DNA of 64,000 bases from Marsupella aquatica (lineage: Eukaryota > Plantae > Marchantiophyta), in assembly GCA_973895155.1 (NCBI GenBank), contig OZ316891.1, positions 7,185,808 to 7,249,807 on the forward strand, written 5' to 3'. The notes beneath the pieces were generated by a model. That model had not been told where the DNA came from, searched no databases, and saw only the letters and a program-made list of their open reading frames with translations. A program made the position numbers and the translations under genes. This document shows positions 29,647 through 41,125 of the stretch, piece after piece. Within the stretch, counting starts at the first letter, position 1. Each line of letters begins with the position of its first letter.

Positions 29647-32600
29647 TCAGGACTTCAACTCTGGTCTTTTGGACCTGTTGTACTTGAAAAATTGGTGCAG
29701 TTGTTTGTGCACTTCACCAAACCTTTCTGCAATTTGTAATCTCTCCTTTATCCAGCCAGGTAGCTTCGAGGCAGGTCTTGATTCCACCCGTGCGCCACCT
29801 CGTCCACCCGAGGAAGACAACTCACTGGTGTATCGCACATCTACTAGCAAAATGGCTGCATAGTCTCCGATATGTCTGATGGCTCGTCCGATTGACTGAT
29901 TCACAGCCTTCATGCAGAGGTTTTCGTAGTATTCTCGTCCTTTTTGCCCACTTCGTGATAATTGAGGAAGGGCCTTGTCTCCTTCTGCCGAGGACAAGTG
30001 ATCAATGTACCGCATTCTTTCCATTAGTTCTGGGTCATTAGGACTAGGATACGGCAGTCCAACCATTACCACACACCGTCCCATTCCATCACTGAAGTTT
30101 ATCCCCTCTGACATTTTTCCACCAACTACACAAAGCAGAAGAGCACCGGTTTTCTTCCCATCTTGAGGCTGAGAGAGGATACTCTCCCTATACTGCTGCA
30201 GGGTGCCTTCCATAGATGCAGTATCCCGGGGCTCTCTGAAGACGGTTTTCCTGGACTCAATGCTAGAAAGAAAACTGGATGATTTCCAACAATTGTACAC
30301 TTGGTTCTCATATTCAAAGGAGGGAAAAAACACAACAATCCCATCGGGAACGATGACTGAGATGTTGTTAATCAGCCTCCCAAGCTCTTCCATAATGACA
30401 GGGGAGCTACGAGACTGGTAAGTGAAGTCATATGTTTGGTTGCTGGGTCCTCGGGCAACAGCAAGGGGGAGGATGCTCTCAGGTGGCACAATGTGGCCAC
30501 AACCAAACATGTGTACACGATCTTCAGGGAGATGAGGAAATAGACGAACTCGAAGCTCTTCCACGGGCTGGAGAGTTCCCCCTGCCAGAACAACTGCTCT
30601 AGCCTGCTCCAAAACCTCGGCAAAGTGCTTGGCAGCATTGAGCATGATGAACTTGAGGACACAGTCGGCACCTCGTGTGGTCCGAGGCATCACTAGCACT
30701 CTTCCATCGCTATCTGCATTTGTTAAAGCCAGCACAAACTCTGCCAGGGTGTGAAATCCAGTCAAAGAGGCTCTACTACTTCCAAACGATGGCTTATTAG
30801 TTGCTCCCCCTACAGTGGGAAGATTGGGACCCACACCCATCAGTTCCGTCAGGTTTTTCTCTCCATAGCTGCTAACCTTGTGCACAATATTGCTATCCTT
30901 GATATATCGCCGAATCTTGAACAGGTTGAGGTTGTCAATCTCGAGAGAGAAGAGAAAGTCATTGATAGTCATCATTTTTCCCTTGGTATTCGCCTTATTT
31001 GCTCCATCGATCCCCGTAACACTGGCATGAGTGTCACTAGAGTTGGCTAGCAATCTGATGAAAGAACGTATAATCCCTAGCAACATTTCAATGTATCGAC
31101 GGTTACTTGCGGCAAGGCGTTTCCTGAACTTCTCCGAGTACTCCGAAAGCTGTGCATTGACCTGCTTCAATTGTGAATCAGACACTTGGCAACTATATAT
31201 GTTCGAGACAGTATCCACAAGGTTGTGAGCTTCATCAATGATAACAACCGAGTCTTTCAGGTTAATTCCCAGAGATTCTCGAGTGGCACTGTGGAGTAGC
31301 GACTGGTATGGCAACACAACCAAATCGGATTTTGGAACCATCTGACGGGACCCGTAATAAGGACATGTTCCAACCTTGTTTCCAAGATCAATTAAGTCCT
31401 CTATGTCAAGAGCATCTCCGTGAAGTGCTTCCTCGACAAACCTCTTTTGCAACTTCTGCTTGCTCATCATAGGACACCCCTTGACTGCGGATTTCCTTCT
31501 GGTGTTCAGTCCAACCGACTGGATCTTGCTGCCGCTCTTGGTGGCATGCTTCTCGCTCTGTAACTCAAGGCATCTATCGTTGATTCGTGCTGAACTTCCC
31601 AATTTAGATACCTCTGCTCACTACCACAAGGAATTACTAAGCGTAAGAGATATGTCTAACTCCCAATGACAATCGTTTCCGTGCAAAATTGAATAAATAT
31701 ACAAATTAAATAAATTCTTGCTCGGTTTAATGGTACACCGTGGCAGAGATATGAACGTGAAGCACCGGTAAATTTTGAGAATCTGATACAACACACAAGA
31801 TCTTTTTGTGCACAACCACTATAGTGGGACACATTTTCACGGCGGCTTTTTTTGATTGAAAGAGACATGGAGAGATGATCTCTTGCACGAAAGTAGCATT
31901 AGATCCTTTGTTATGAGGTAATGAATGACTAGAGGCAAAGCAGATGCACATACCAGAGTTAATGCACATATTTTTCCTGGAACCCAGAGATACGGCTCTC
32001 AAGGTTGAAGAGAAAACAGTGCGTTGAAGTTCTCCGATAAATTGGGACAGCTGTGAATGTGTGCGACTGCAGAAGAAGACTTTCAGAGGCTCATAAGCCT
32101 CGTCATCGTCCTCACTGTCCTCACCGCTACTGCTGCTTGAAAGATGACTCCTTAGCTTACGCTTCGCATCTTTAGCAGACTCCTCATCACTGCAATAGTC
32201 TTCTACTATGAATTGTTCATCATCGTCCACATCCCCACCAGGACTTGGGCCAGATTTAGAATGCGCCATTTCTCTTTTCCGCTCCAACATTACTCTCGGC
32301 TCTCCACCTCCGATAGACAGAACAGAGGAGGACGTTTTCCTAACATTACTAACATTGATGGGCCTTTTCGATTTCGGTTCCCACTTTCGTCCTCCTTTCT
32401 GCTTCGCGTTCCGTTCTCCATTCTGGGACTCATAATTGGACATCCAATCAGGTTCGGCGTCTTCAGACCCGGCCCCGATAGCTAGAGACTCCGTCTTCTT
32501 CGCAGAACTAGAGATTGAAGAATCCTCTGCCTGCTGATGATGATCCATTAACCACTGGAGTGCACTGCAAATCAAACTCAGCGTCTTCCCAGTACCTGTG

Positions 32601-32815
32601 GGACTTTCGACGATGGCCACCCCGCCCTTCTGTATGGCTCCATACACCGCTCGCATGAACTCCAGCTGAATCGGATATGGCTTGAAAGGAAATGCGGGGA
32701 ACTGAACGGCACCATTTTCTTCATCTTCTCCACCTCCACCTCCTGCTCCTCCTCCTCCTCCTCCTCCTGCTCCTCCTCCTCCTCCTCCTCCTTTCGTCGC
32801 CTCGCGCTCGCCCAT
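29647..32815 (-). CDS. DDX11: Fe-S DNA helicase DDX11/CHL1 (ChlR1), 2 exons, ~942 aa
   Basis: Exon 1 is 31954-32815 and exon 2 is 29647-31613 (phase-1 GT-AG intron). Motifs FPFKPYPIQ, ESPTGTGKT, SRTHSQLSQ, LGSRKNMCIN, CPYYGSR, IIDEAHN, LAGGTLQP, GGKMSEGINF and NQSIGRAIRH. Confidence 0.96.
32729..32791 (-). repeat. (GGA)n coding microsatellite encoding the N-terminal poly-Gly tract of DDX11
   Basis: Interrupted cct/tcc run on the + strand; translates as GGGGGGGAGGGGGGGAGGGGG. Confidence 0.9.
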
Positions 32816-32977
32816 GCTCCCAAATGTACAGAACTGAGAATCCCAATCCCCACACGGCCGAATTCTCCCAAAATTAGTTGGGATCCGACGGGTTTATGGA
32901 GATTGCTCTGCAATCGCGTTTTCTTCTTCTTCTTCTTCTTCCTTTCAACGTTTATCTTCGAGTGATCCCCGAACTAG

Positions 32978-33017
32978 AAAGCGCGGGAGAGAAGGGGAAC
33001 AAGAAAAGCGCGGGAGA
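32978..33017 (-). promoter_or_regulatory. Two E2F-like elements upstream of DDX11
   Basis: aaagcgcgggaga occurs twice (32978-32990, 33005-33017), i.e. TCTCCCGCGC on the gene strand, ~160-200 bp upstream of the ATG. One mismatch to canonical TTTCCCGC. Confidence 0.5.
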
Positions 33018-33371
33018 TGTGTGAGCGATTGATTACCATTTTACACTGTGTCGCTCCAAAAATTGAACAAAATTAGAGATATGTGTGAAGCAGGAAAGAT
33101 GTCTGTTGGTTGAGTTGAGCTGTAACCCTTTAAAAAAACTAAAGTGTGTTGAAGTTAAATTCTTACTGGCTATGGTTAGAACGTTGAAGGGTTGTAAACC
33201 AAAGTGTTTGGACTCAAGATCACTTTTTACGTAAATGAGTGTTACTAAAAACTCATTTGGTAGTTAATGCTAATTTTCACATAACAAAAATTTGAAGAAA
33301 ATAGATGTCTCAAAACTTTTGGATAACCCTCATCAAAATCCAATCAGATGAATTAGTTCATGGACCCCCTA

Positions 33372-33510
33372 TTAACGGAAAGCTTCAGACGACATCAATT
33401 CCTTGAAAGTCCACCTTCCCATTAACGTTTGCATTGACTCACTTGATCATCTGTTGACACTTCTTATAACTATGTCCTTCTTTCATGCTTAGGCTCTTCA
33501 ACACCATCTG
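33372..33510 (-). pseudogene. Decayed C-terminal fragment of a calmodulin-like (CML) gene, last EF-hand
   Basis: Reads QMVLKSLSMKEGHSYKKCQQMIK*VNANVNGKVDF, then after a frameshift FKELMSSEAFR*. Matches the plant CML pattern VLxSLGxKEG...CxxMIxxVDxDGNGxVDFxEFKxLM, with D->N changes and a nonsense codon. Confidence 0.7.
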
Positions 33511-35714
33511 CACGTAGACGAGGCCCTTACTGAACCCTGCTAAGCTTGCTTCTCTTTCGTTCGCTCGTGCCTCATGCGTTGGACAATCTAACATTAGCAA
33601 GAGGCATCACCGAATTAGGAACTGCAATGATGACGCCATGAAAAGGAGTGCTGAGTGATCCAACATATAATCATGTCCACTTCTTCTTTCGTCGCAGCAG
33701 AAGGTCGAGAAAATTGTCACGATTATTTTGTCATCAGATCAACTTGCCGAGAGAGATTTAGTTATTATTCAATTGAAACACAATTCATAATGCGGGTGGG
33801 CAGCGGTTACTAGGGTAAAAAAATGGAAGGTGGGCCTCCTGCTAATTGAACAATCTGTTACCTAGGGTAAATAAAATGGTTATTTTTAAAACAATTTTAC
33901 ATCACAATTTACGGCATGGCGTCCTCAATTTTACCAAAATCATGCCACAGACACGAATGTTGAAGCAATTTTATTTTGTAAACCAATCCATACCTGTTTG
34001 CGGCGCATCTCGATGATGTGGCGCGCTGTGGAGTCTCGAATTTTGGAAGGGACCTCTAGTGGGGTCCGTAAAGAGAGTGAAGGGGAAGCAAAAAGAAAAA
34101 AGAGGAAGAGGATTGGGGGATGAAAGAAATGAAGAAAAAGGGGGTGGGACGTTGGGGGTGGCTAAGGAGGTGGACATCAGTTTGAGCTTCCATAAGCACT
34201 AAAAGTTTTTGTTCATGTACACTAGGGAAAAACAAAGAGATAAATCACAATATTGAGAAGAGGACTTTTTATAAAAGTGGAGAAACTTTTCCATATTTCA
34301 AATTCAGTGATCAATTTCAGATTATTGAATACATTGAATTTAAAATTCAGTGATAATTCAAATTTCAACTCCACATTGGACTTGTAATTAGTATACAAGA
34401 TGTGGAGATAGCAACAAAAGTTGCACTTTCCATTTTTTAGGTATTTGCAGAATCATGCTTTTTAATTTTAATTTTATAATGTAATTGTACACAAAATTGA
34501 TAAATCTTAACTCAAATGAAAACTTTGTTGTGCACAAAATTGATAAATCTTAACTAAAAAAAAAAGGCATGTGGAAGGTTAGGGGGAAAGGGGGGGGGGG
34601 GATTTGGGCGTACAAGTTTTACGTTTAATAAAGATTATAGATATATTCTTTGTTCAACCACTCACAATGGCCCAACACAAAAATGTGATCAACATCATTA
34701 TTTTTAGGCAAAGCCTCTTCCCTGTCAAGCTAATTCATGGGCTTTGTTAACTCTCTTGGTAGTTGTTGGAAATGTTTGACTTGAAGTGCCACCAGATGAC
34801 ATTGAGGCCTGCGTAATAAGGTAGGAAGGAGCTTTGTTGGATACATTCTTTCCATGGCTTTTGAAATACCTTCTGATGAATTAAGAGAAGAACATGAGGA
34901 CTTAATATGACTAATGACTTTCATTTGGGAGAGTCTTTGCCATGAAAAAACATACAATTTCAAAGAAGTGTTATTTATGCTTTGCTTGGACCTTTGAGAA
35001 CCTAATGATCATTTAGCTCCATGGTAACCTATTTTCTGTGGACTCTATGGTTAGCTCTTCCTCAGGTTCATTGGACAAAGATTTAGAATGAGAATTAACT
35101 CCTATAATACAAGGTTGCGCCAATTTTTACAGTGGTCGTTAGGTTTATGAGCCTCGTCAGGTTTATGGACTTGGGTAGGTTTAGGTCAATGGGTACATCC
35201 CCTAGAATTTTACCCATTAGCTATGGGTCCTCCATAAATCATTCAAATTTGCAGGGACAAAAATAAGAAATCTGGTAGAATGAAGGAATAAAGACAAAAT
35301 ATCTTTTGTTTAGTGTGAATGAAAAAGAGTCAACACCAATGTCCAAGTAGGAGTGAATCAAATGGGATAAGCAAACCAAAAAATGACATCACAACACAAG
35401 GATCGAGGAGTATACTCCCTGAATGATAGGGAGTGTTGTACATACTCATTAAGGTATACGTACTCAATAGAATGAAATAGTGTCTAATTTAGTGCAATAT
35501 TGGTAGAAGTTGAATTTAAGATACTATTTCAGTCAATAGGGGAGTACATACACTAATCAAATAAAACATTATTCTCCCAATATTTAGAGTGATTTTTTAC
35601 ATTCATTTTTTTGTGCCATTTTCACTGAAAAAAACAAAAGTTATAAGGTCCAAAGACATAGTAAAGATCATGGCACTAGCGTTGATGGCAAAGTGTTTGG
35701 CTAGGGGCACAGTT

Positions 35715-36760
35715 TTACTTGATGACATCTTTTTACTTCACTATATCTTTCACATAACTACCCATTTGGCATCACATCATATTTTTACTTGATTGACATC
35801 TTTTTATTCATGACATCTTTGGCAAAACGACTTCTTTTTTGTTAACAACAATTTTTTACTTGACAACAACATTTTACTTGATGACTACTTTTTACTTGAC
35901 AAAATGTTTGGCAAAATGACTTCGTTTTTCTTAATGACATCGTTTTACTTGACAACGTCTTTCACATAACTACATCTTTGGCAAAACAATTTCATCGTTT
36001 GCAGCGACATCTTTTTACTTCACGACATCTTTCACATAATGACATCTTGGGCGACACGACATCTTTTATACAACGCGCGTGTATTGAGATATTTTGTACT
36101 TAACAACATTGTTATACTTAACAAAATCTTTGGCATAACAACATCATTGGCAACACAACCTCTATTTCTTCCACAACCTCTTGGCCAAGATGACATCTTT
36201 CTTCTCAACAATCTCTTGGCTGACACAACATCTTTTGTTCTCAACGACTTCTTGGGCGACACAACATCTTTTGTTCTCAACGACATCTTGGATGACACAA
36301 CATCTTTCTTCTTAACAACCTCTTGGCCGACATGACATCTTTTGTTCTCAACGACTTCTTGGGCGACACAACATCTTTTGTTCTCAACGACATCTTGGAT
36401 GACACAACATCTTTCTTCTTAACAACCTCTTGGCCGACATGACATCTTTTGTTCTCAACGACTTCTTGGGCGACACAACATCTTTTGTTCTCAACGACAT
36501 CTTGGATGACACAACATCTTTCTTCTTAACAACCTCTTGGCCGACATGACATCTTTTGTTCTCAACGACTTCTTGGGCGACACAACATCTTTTGTTCTCA
36601 ATGATATCTTGGACGACACAACATCTTTCTTCTCAACGACCTCTTGGCCGACATGACATCTTTCTTCTCAACAACATCTTGGCCGACAAGACCTCTTTTG
36701 TACGTTCTCAACGACATCTTGGCCGACACAACATCTTTTGTGCAACGCACGGGTATTGAG
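35715..36760. repeat. Minisatellite of ~18/36-bp units with a homogeneous 107-bp higher-order repeat in its right half
   Basis: Monomers of 36, 36 and 35 bp (consensus gacacaacatcttttgttctcaacgacatcttgg) recur with exact 107-bp spacing (36258, 36365, 36472, 36579). The left part is more degenerate. Confidence 0.9.
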
Positions 36761-38189
36761 CTAGTGTGATGTATGAATTGAAGGAATATTATATTTGAAA
36801 CATCTGCTAATGTTATTTAGTAATATTCAAGATTGAATAAAAATTATCTAAACTTAATTCGTATGTATTTTGGTAAGAGCTTGAAAGAGCCTCTAATCTC
36901 TAGATCAGTTTGTCTATTTGTTTCATTTTTTGCTCTCTTTATCAGTTTTAGCACCTTCCAAATTTTCATGCTTGTGAAGTAAAATTATAATAAATATTCT
37001 ATATCATTGATGACTGAAACCTTGATAAACAAGGGATCCCACAAAAATGGAGATTTTTTAATCATAAATTATAGTGAGCTGCAAAAATGTTGGGATGTAT
37101 AAAAAATTTGGAAACAAATTTATTTTAGTGATTTGGAAGCAATTTTTTACATAATCTATGATCCACCACATTTTATCATCTTATTGAAAATTATTTGACG
37201 TTTTCTTGGTACTTGGGGGGTTCCTTGAAAAACATAATGAAGAAAATAAATAACAATGGACTTATCTAATGGTACTTCACTTTGGTGTTTGGTTAAGGTA
37301 ACTGGAGTGCAACTTAAGCAAAGGTCAAGGGCTGTTAAGATTAGACTAGTGGAGAGGGCTTATATCTTGGAGGAACAATTCATTGTGTTTACACTGTCTC
37401 AGATATCAGTTTCATGACTGAGAGAGTGAGTATAAATGAGGAGGACTTGTCATCTAGAACTCCTTGTGAGCTTGCTCGTATATATGGTGGATCTAATAAA
37501 ATTGTGCATAGTGGTTTTTTCTTTCTTTCTTGGCCATAGACATAGCCTAGAAGGAGTCAACCACATATCTTTCATCTTTGTGTCATTGTCAACTTTTAGA
37601 TTGTACATTGATTTCATGTGACTTTATGTAGTGCTATGTTTTTCTAAACACTATCAACCAAAATGTGTAATTAATTGTTTGTATATTGGGTACGGAAATG
37701 CAAAAACGTAAATTGCAAGGTGCTCAAGGGTGTTTTGAGATTTGTCCTCTGTCTGTCTTTATTAATGTTACTTTTGTGTCATCTGGTTAGCATGCAAAAC
37801 TCAATTTTAAACTAAATTGTTATCTCTTGCCAAGATGCATGTGTGGGCATGCAATTCAGCCCAATTCGATCCGGACAGATTAAAAGGGGAAGTTCTATAC
37901 ATTTATGGGTATAAATGTATAATTATAGTGCCAAATGCCTAAAAATGCCAAACAACAATGGATCTCAACTAGTTTGAGGACCCCTTGGTTATGTAAATTT
38001 GATGTTATTTAACAAGTTGGAATGATCATGAAGAGTTGCCCATTGGAATGTGTTTGAAATGGAGATGATGGACAAAACAAAGGAGATTATTTGTGGTAAG
38101 AGTCCATGCAAAATGTTCCCCAAGTACCCTGTAACATTCAATAGAATCCATGCAAATTATTAAAGTAGCTCAAAAGTTTCTTATGCTCG

Positions 38190-38580
38190 CTTGGTATTCC
38201 CATGTCCACAGTAGCCAAAGTGTTATTGTCCTTTGGTATTCCTTTGTCAGCTTTTAAGTACATTGACAAGATGTTTGAATTTACAATACTGTCACTATGC
38301 TTTTGTATTTAAAATGTCACAATTTTCATATATAGTTTACCTGGTTACTTTGTTAAACTTGTCATTCGTATACGAAACCATGACATTTTTATGAATATAA
38401 AAAAATAGTGGAAGTATTGTCAATAAGAATATCTTTAGTGACAAAGTAATTAAAAGCTGATTCCTTGGTATAGTAGCCAAAGGGTTTTTATTGTCCCTTG
38501 GTATTCCTTTGTCCATGGTAGCCAAAGTGTTTCTTATTGTCCCTTGGTCTTCCTTGGTCCATATTAGCCAAAGGGTTTTC
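38190..38580. repeat. Degenerate short repeats
   Basis: Recurrent cttggtattcc...gtcca..gtagccaaag...ttattgtcc blocks near 38190-38250 and 38463-38580. Confidence 0.6.
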
Positions 38581-41125
38581 TTATGTTATTTTGGTTAATG
38601 TTACAGTCGGTGAAGAGTTTCTTTTTACCCATAGTTATATAAAAATTTGCCAATTAAATAAAGTATTCAGACACTGGAAAACACTAATTCATCAATCATT
38701 ACCCATCCAAAGGTTATTTTCTTATACCCATTTCTTTGTTTATCTGAAGTGTTATTTTTCACTTCCATTGTTTTTACAGTTATGGGATCCAATTGTTTTT
38801 CTTTGTCTTGCCTCAAACACAAACAGTCATGTCTGGTTCTTCTTGCATAACTAACCTTTCTTGTTTGTGACCAGGAGTGTGTTGATGTGGCTGCAAGTGC
38901 TTCTAGGGATTTTTGAAGGAGCTTCCCACGGGGTCGTAAAAAGTGTATTTTCTTCTAGGGAAGGGTTGTAGACTTTTGGACCTCCCAATGTGGCTTCACA
39001 GGCAAGAAAAGAAAAAGAGAATTAGCTGTACTACCCTTTTTTCAACTACAGAGAAAAATCAAAAGAAAAACAGGGAAAGGTCCAAGCATATCGCCATCTA
39101 CTTGTTTGCATGTGGTTGTTTGATTGATTATGTTTGACTTCTAACCTACAGGGAAGTTTTTTTCTTCTTTGGAAAGAATGGCCATTTTTAATTCATTTTC
39201 AGTATGTTGTTTTATTGCTTGCTATTATCACTCCACTAGGGAAGACTGAATGGACATTGCTGCAAGTAGTCAAATTCCACTACAACTTAAAATGATGTGG
39301 TTGAGGCAATGACATTTCAATCTGAGACCATAACATGGAACTTGCTTTCTTTCTACAAATGACTATAATAAGCATATCATCTTCAACAACTTGTCTTAAG
39401 ATGTAGCAAACTAGAGGTACACTCCCACCTACAGTTAAGGATGATTAGAGTAACCTGAAGTTAGCTATCATTAATGTTAGAACATTAGCTTTACAAAAAT
39501 TAACTATCCCCAAGTGTTCCAACTGGGGTTTTGGCTTAATTTGGCTTCCTAGTCCTTAGATCAAACTCTGCCTATTCGACGGAGGGTAGGAAAACTTTCA
39601 AATTTTACTGTCAACTCTGTCTGAATTAACTGTCTGCTATCCCTCGTATGTGAAAGGTACATAGTACAGTAGCTGGTCAGAGTGACCTTGTAATTCCTTA
39701 TAGGGGCTTGGATGACCTACATGAACACATCATTATTTAGTGTTTTACCCTGATGATTATTAGAAACCCCATCATTATCATGGAAATCTCCCCATGCCGT
39801 TGCTCAGTTATTATTATGACCGTTTATGATGATTGTGACCGCCAATGGATCGGAAGTACCCACAGCAAAAGAGGCGCATTTGACGGTATCTTGGGAAAAA
39901 TTCAATCAATTACGGTACAACAATACGACACAATAATAATACGGTAGGAGCAAAACAAGAGCGATTGGGGAAAAGTCAATCGATTACGGTACATCATACA
40001 ATACCCCTACAACGCCATAATAATAATACTCCGTTAAAGAACAAGCGAAAGCGATAAACTAATAATAATAGAGGAACGGAGTAGTGGGCACAAAAGAATA
40101 TGTTGATGGTGCAGAGCAGAGCTGCTTCGTGTTGCGCGGTCATGGCGGATTCATCGTCTCGAACGACCAGAGATTCGGGAGGAAGAAAAAGCTTCCGTCC
40201 ATTCTAAACAAAGTGGAGTGTAGTGGAGTGGAGTGGAGGTGGAGGTGAAAAGGCGATGAGCTGAGATGAGACGAGACGAGAGAAGAGGAAGACGAAAGAG
40301 TATTGTTGTTATTACTGTACATCGCACGAGGTCGATTCATTGAATGGTTGGTTTGGTGTTTCGTTTCGGGTTTCGATTGCGCCACTGTGCCGGAGAAATG
40401 GTGCTATGCTTCTTTTGCGCTGATTAGATTACGCTCATCAGCATCTTGGATACGTAGAGATTACGAGACGGGAGTCTGAAGACTGGTGTAGGAGGAGATT
40501 GAGGAGAGGAGGGGAGGAGGGAGGAACGAACAAACTCGTGGACGAAGTTTATTGAGACGCAAGTAAGATACGTAGGTCTGCTTGGTGCTGGTGCTGCTGG
40601 TGCTGGTCGTGCATGGATGGGAGGAACGCTGCTACGCGTATCGAGTAGTCGCGGACGACGGTGAAGATGAGCAGTGGGTGGTGATGAAACGAGGACCCGA
40701 GGAAGAGGAGGCGGAAGTTTGTGCAACGGGCAGGAGGAGCTTTGTGCTTGGGCGGGCGGAGGGAGGGAGGGACGGACGGGGTGGCTTTAGAGTGGCGTTG
40801 AATTGATGGAGTTGGTGTCGTCAGCAGCAACATGAAGACGTTGTCGTCAGGAAGGAGAAGAAGAAGATCGTCGTCGTTCTTCGTCCCCGCTTGGTTTTGA
40901 GGCGACGCCGTTGGTGCCACTCGCACGGGCAGGGCAAAGGAAATAGAGGAATTGTGTCGTAGTAGGGTTGCGAAAGCTGTGCAAACAAAAGTGCATTTGA
41001 GCGGATTGAGGAGGAGGAGGAGGAGCCCTACCTAGTCTAGGGCTTGGAGGGGCAAACTCTGGGATCCGAGAAGCCTTTGTGAGTGCTTTGGGATACTCGA
41101 GAATTACGGTTTTTCTGACGCTTGA

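Noticed and set aside
11725-31669. Numerous antisense or overlapping ORFs across WDHD1, SPH and DDX11 exons
   Set aside because: Shadows of real coding sequence with no independent motifs.
32578-32913. Poly-Leu and poly-Glu ORFs
   Set aside because: Alternative frames of the DDX11 (GGA)n microsatellite.
36220-36740. 36-bp repeats resembling a CRISPR array, and ORFs through them
   Set aside because: Units are contiguous with no unique spacers, there are no cas genes and the context is eukaryotic; the ORFs are repeat artefacts.
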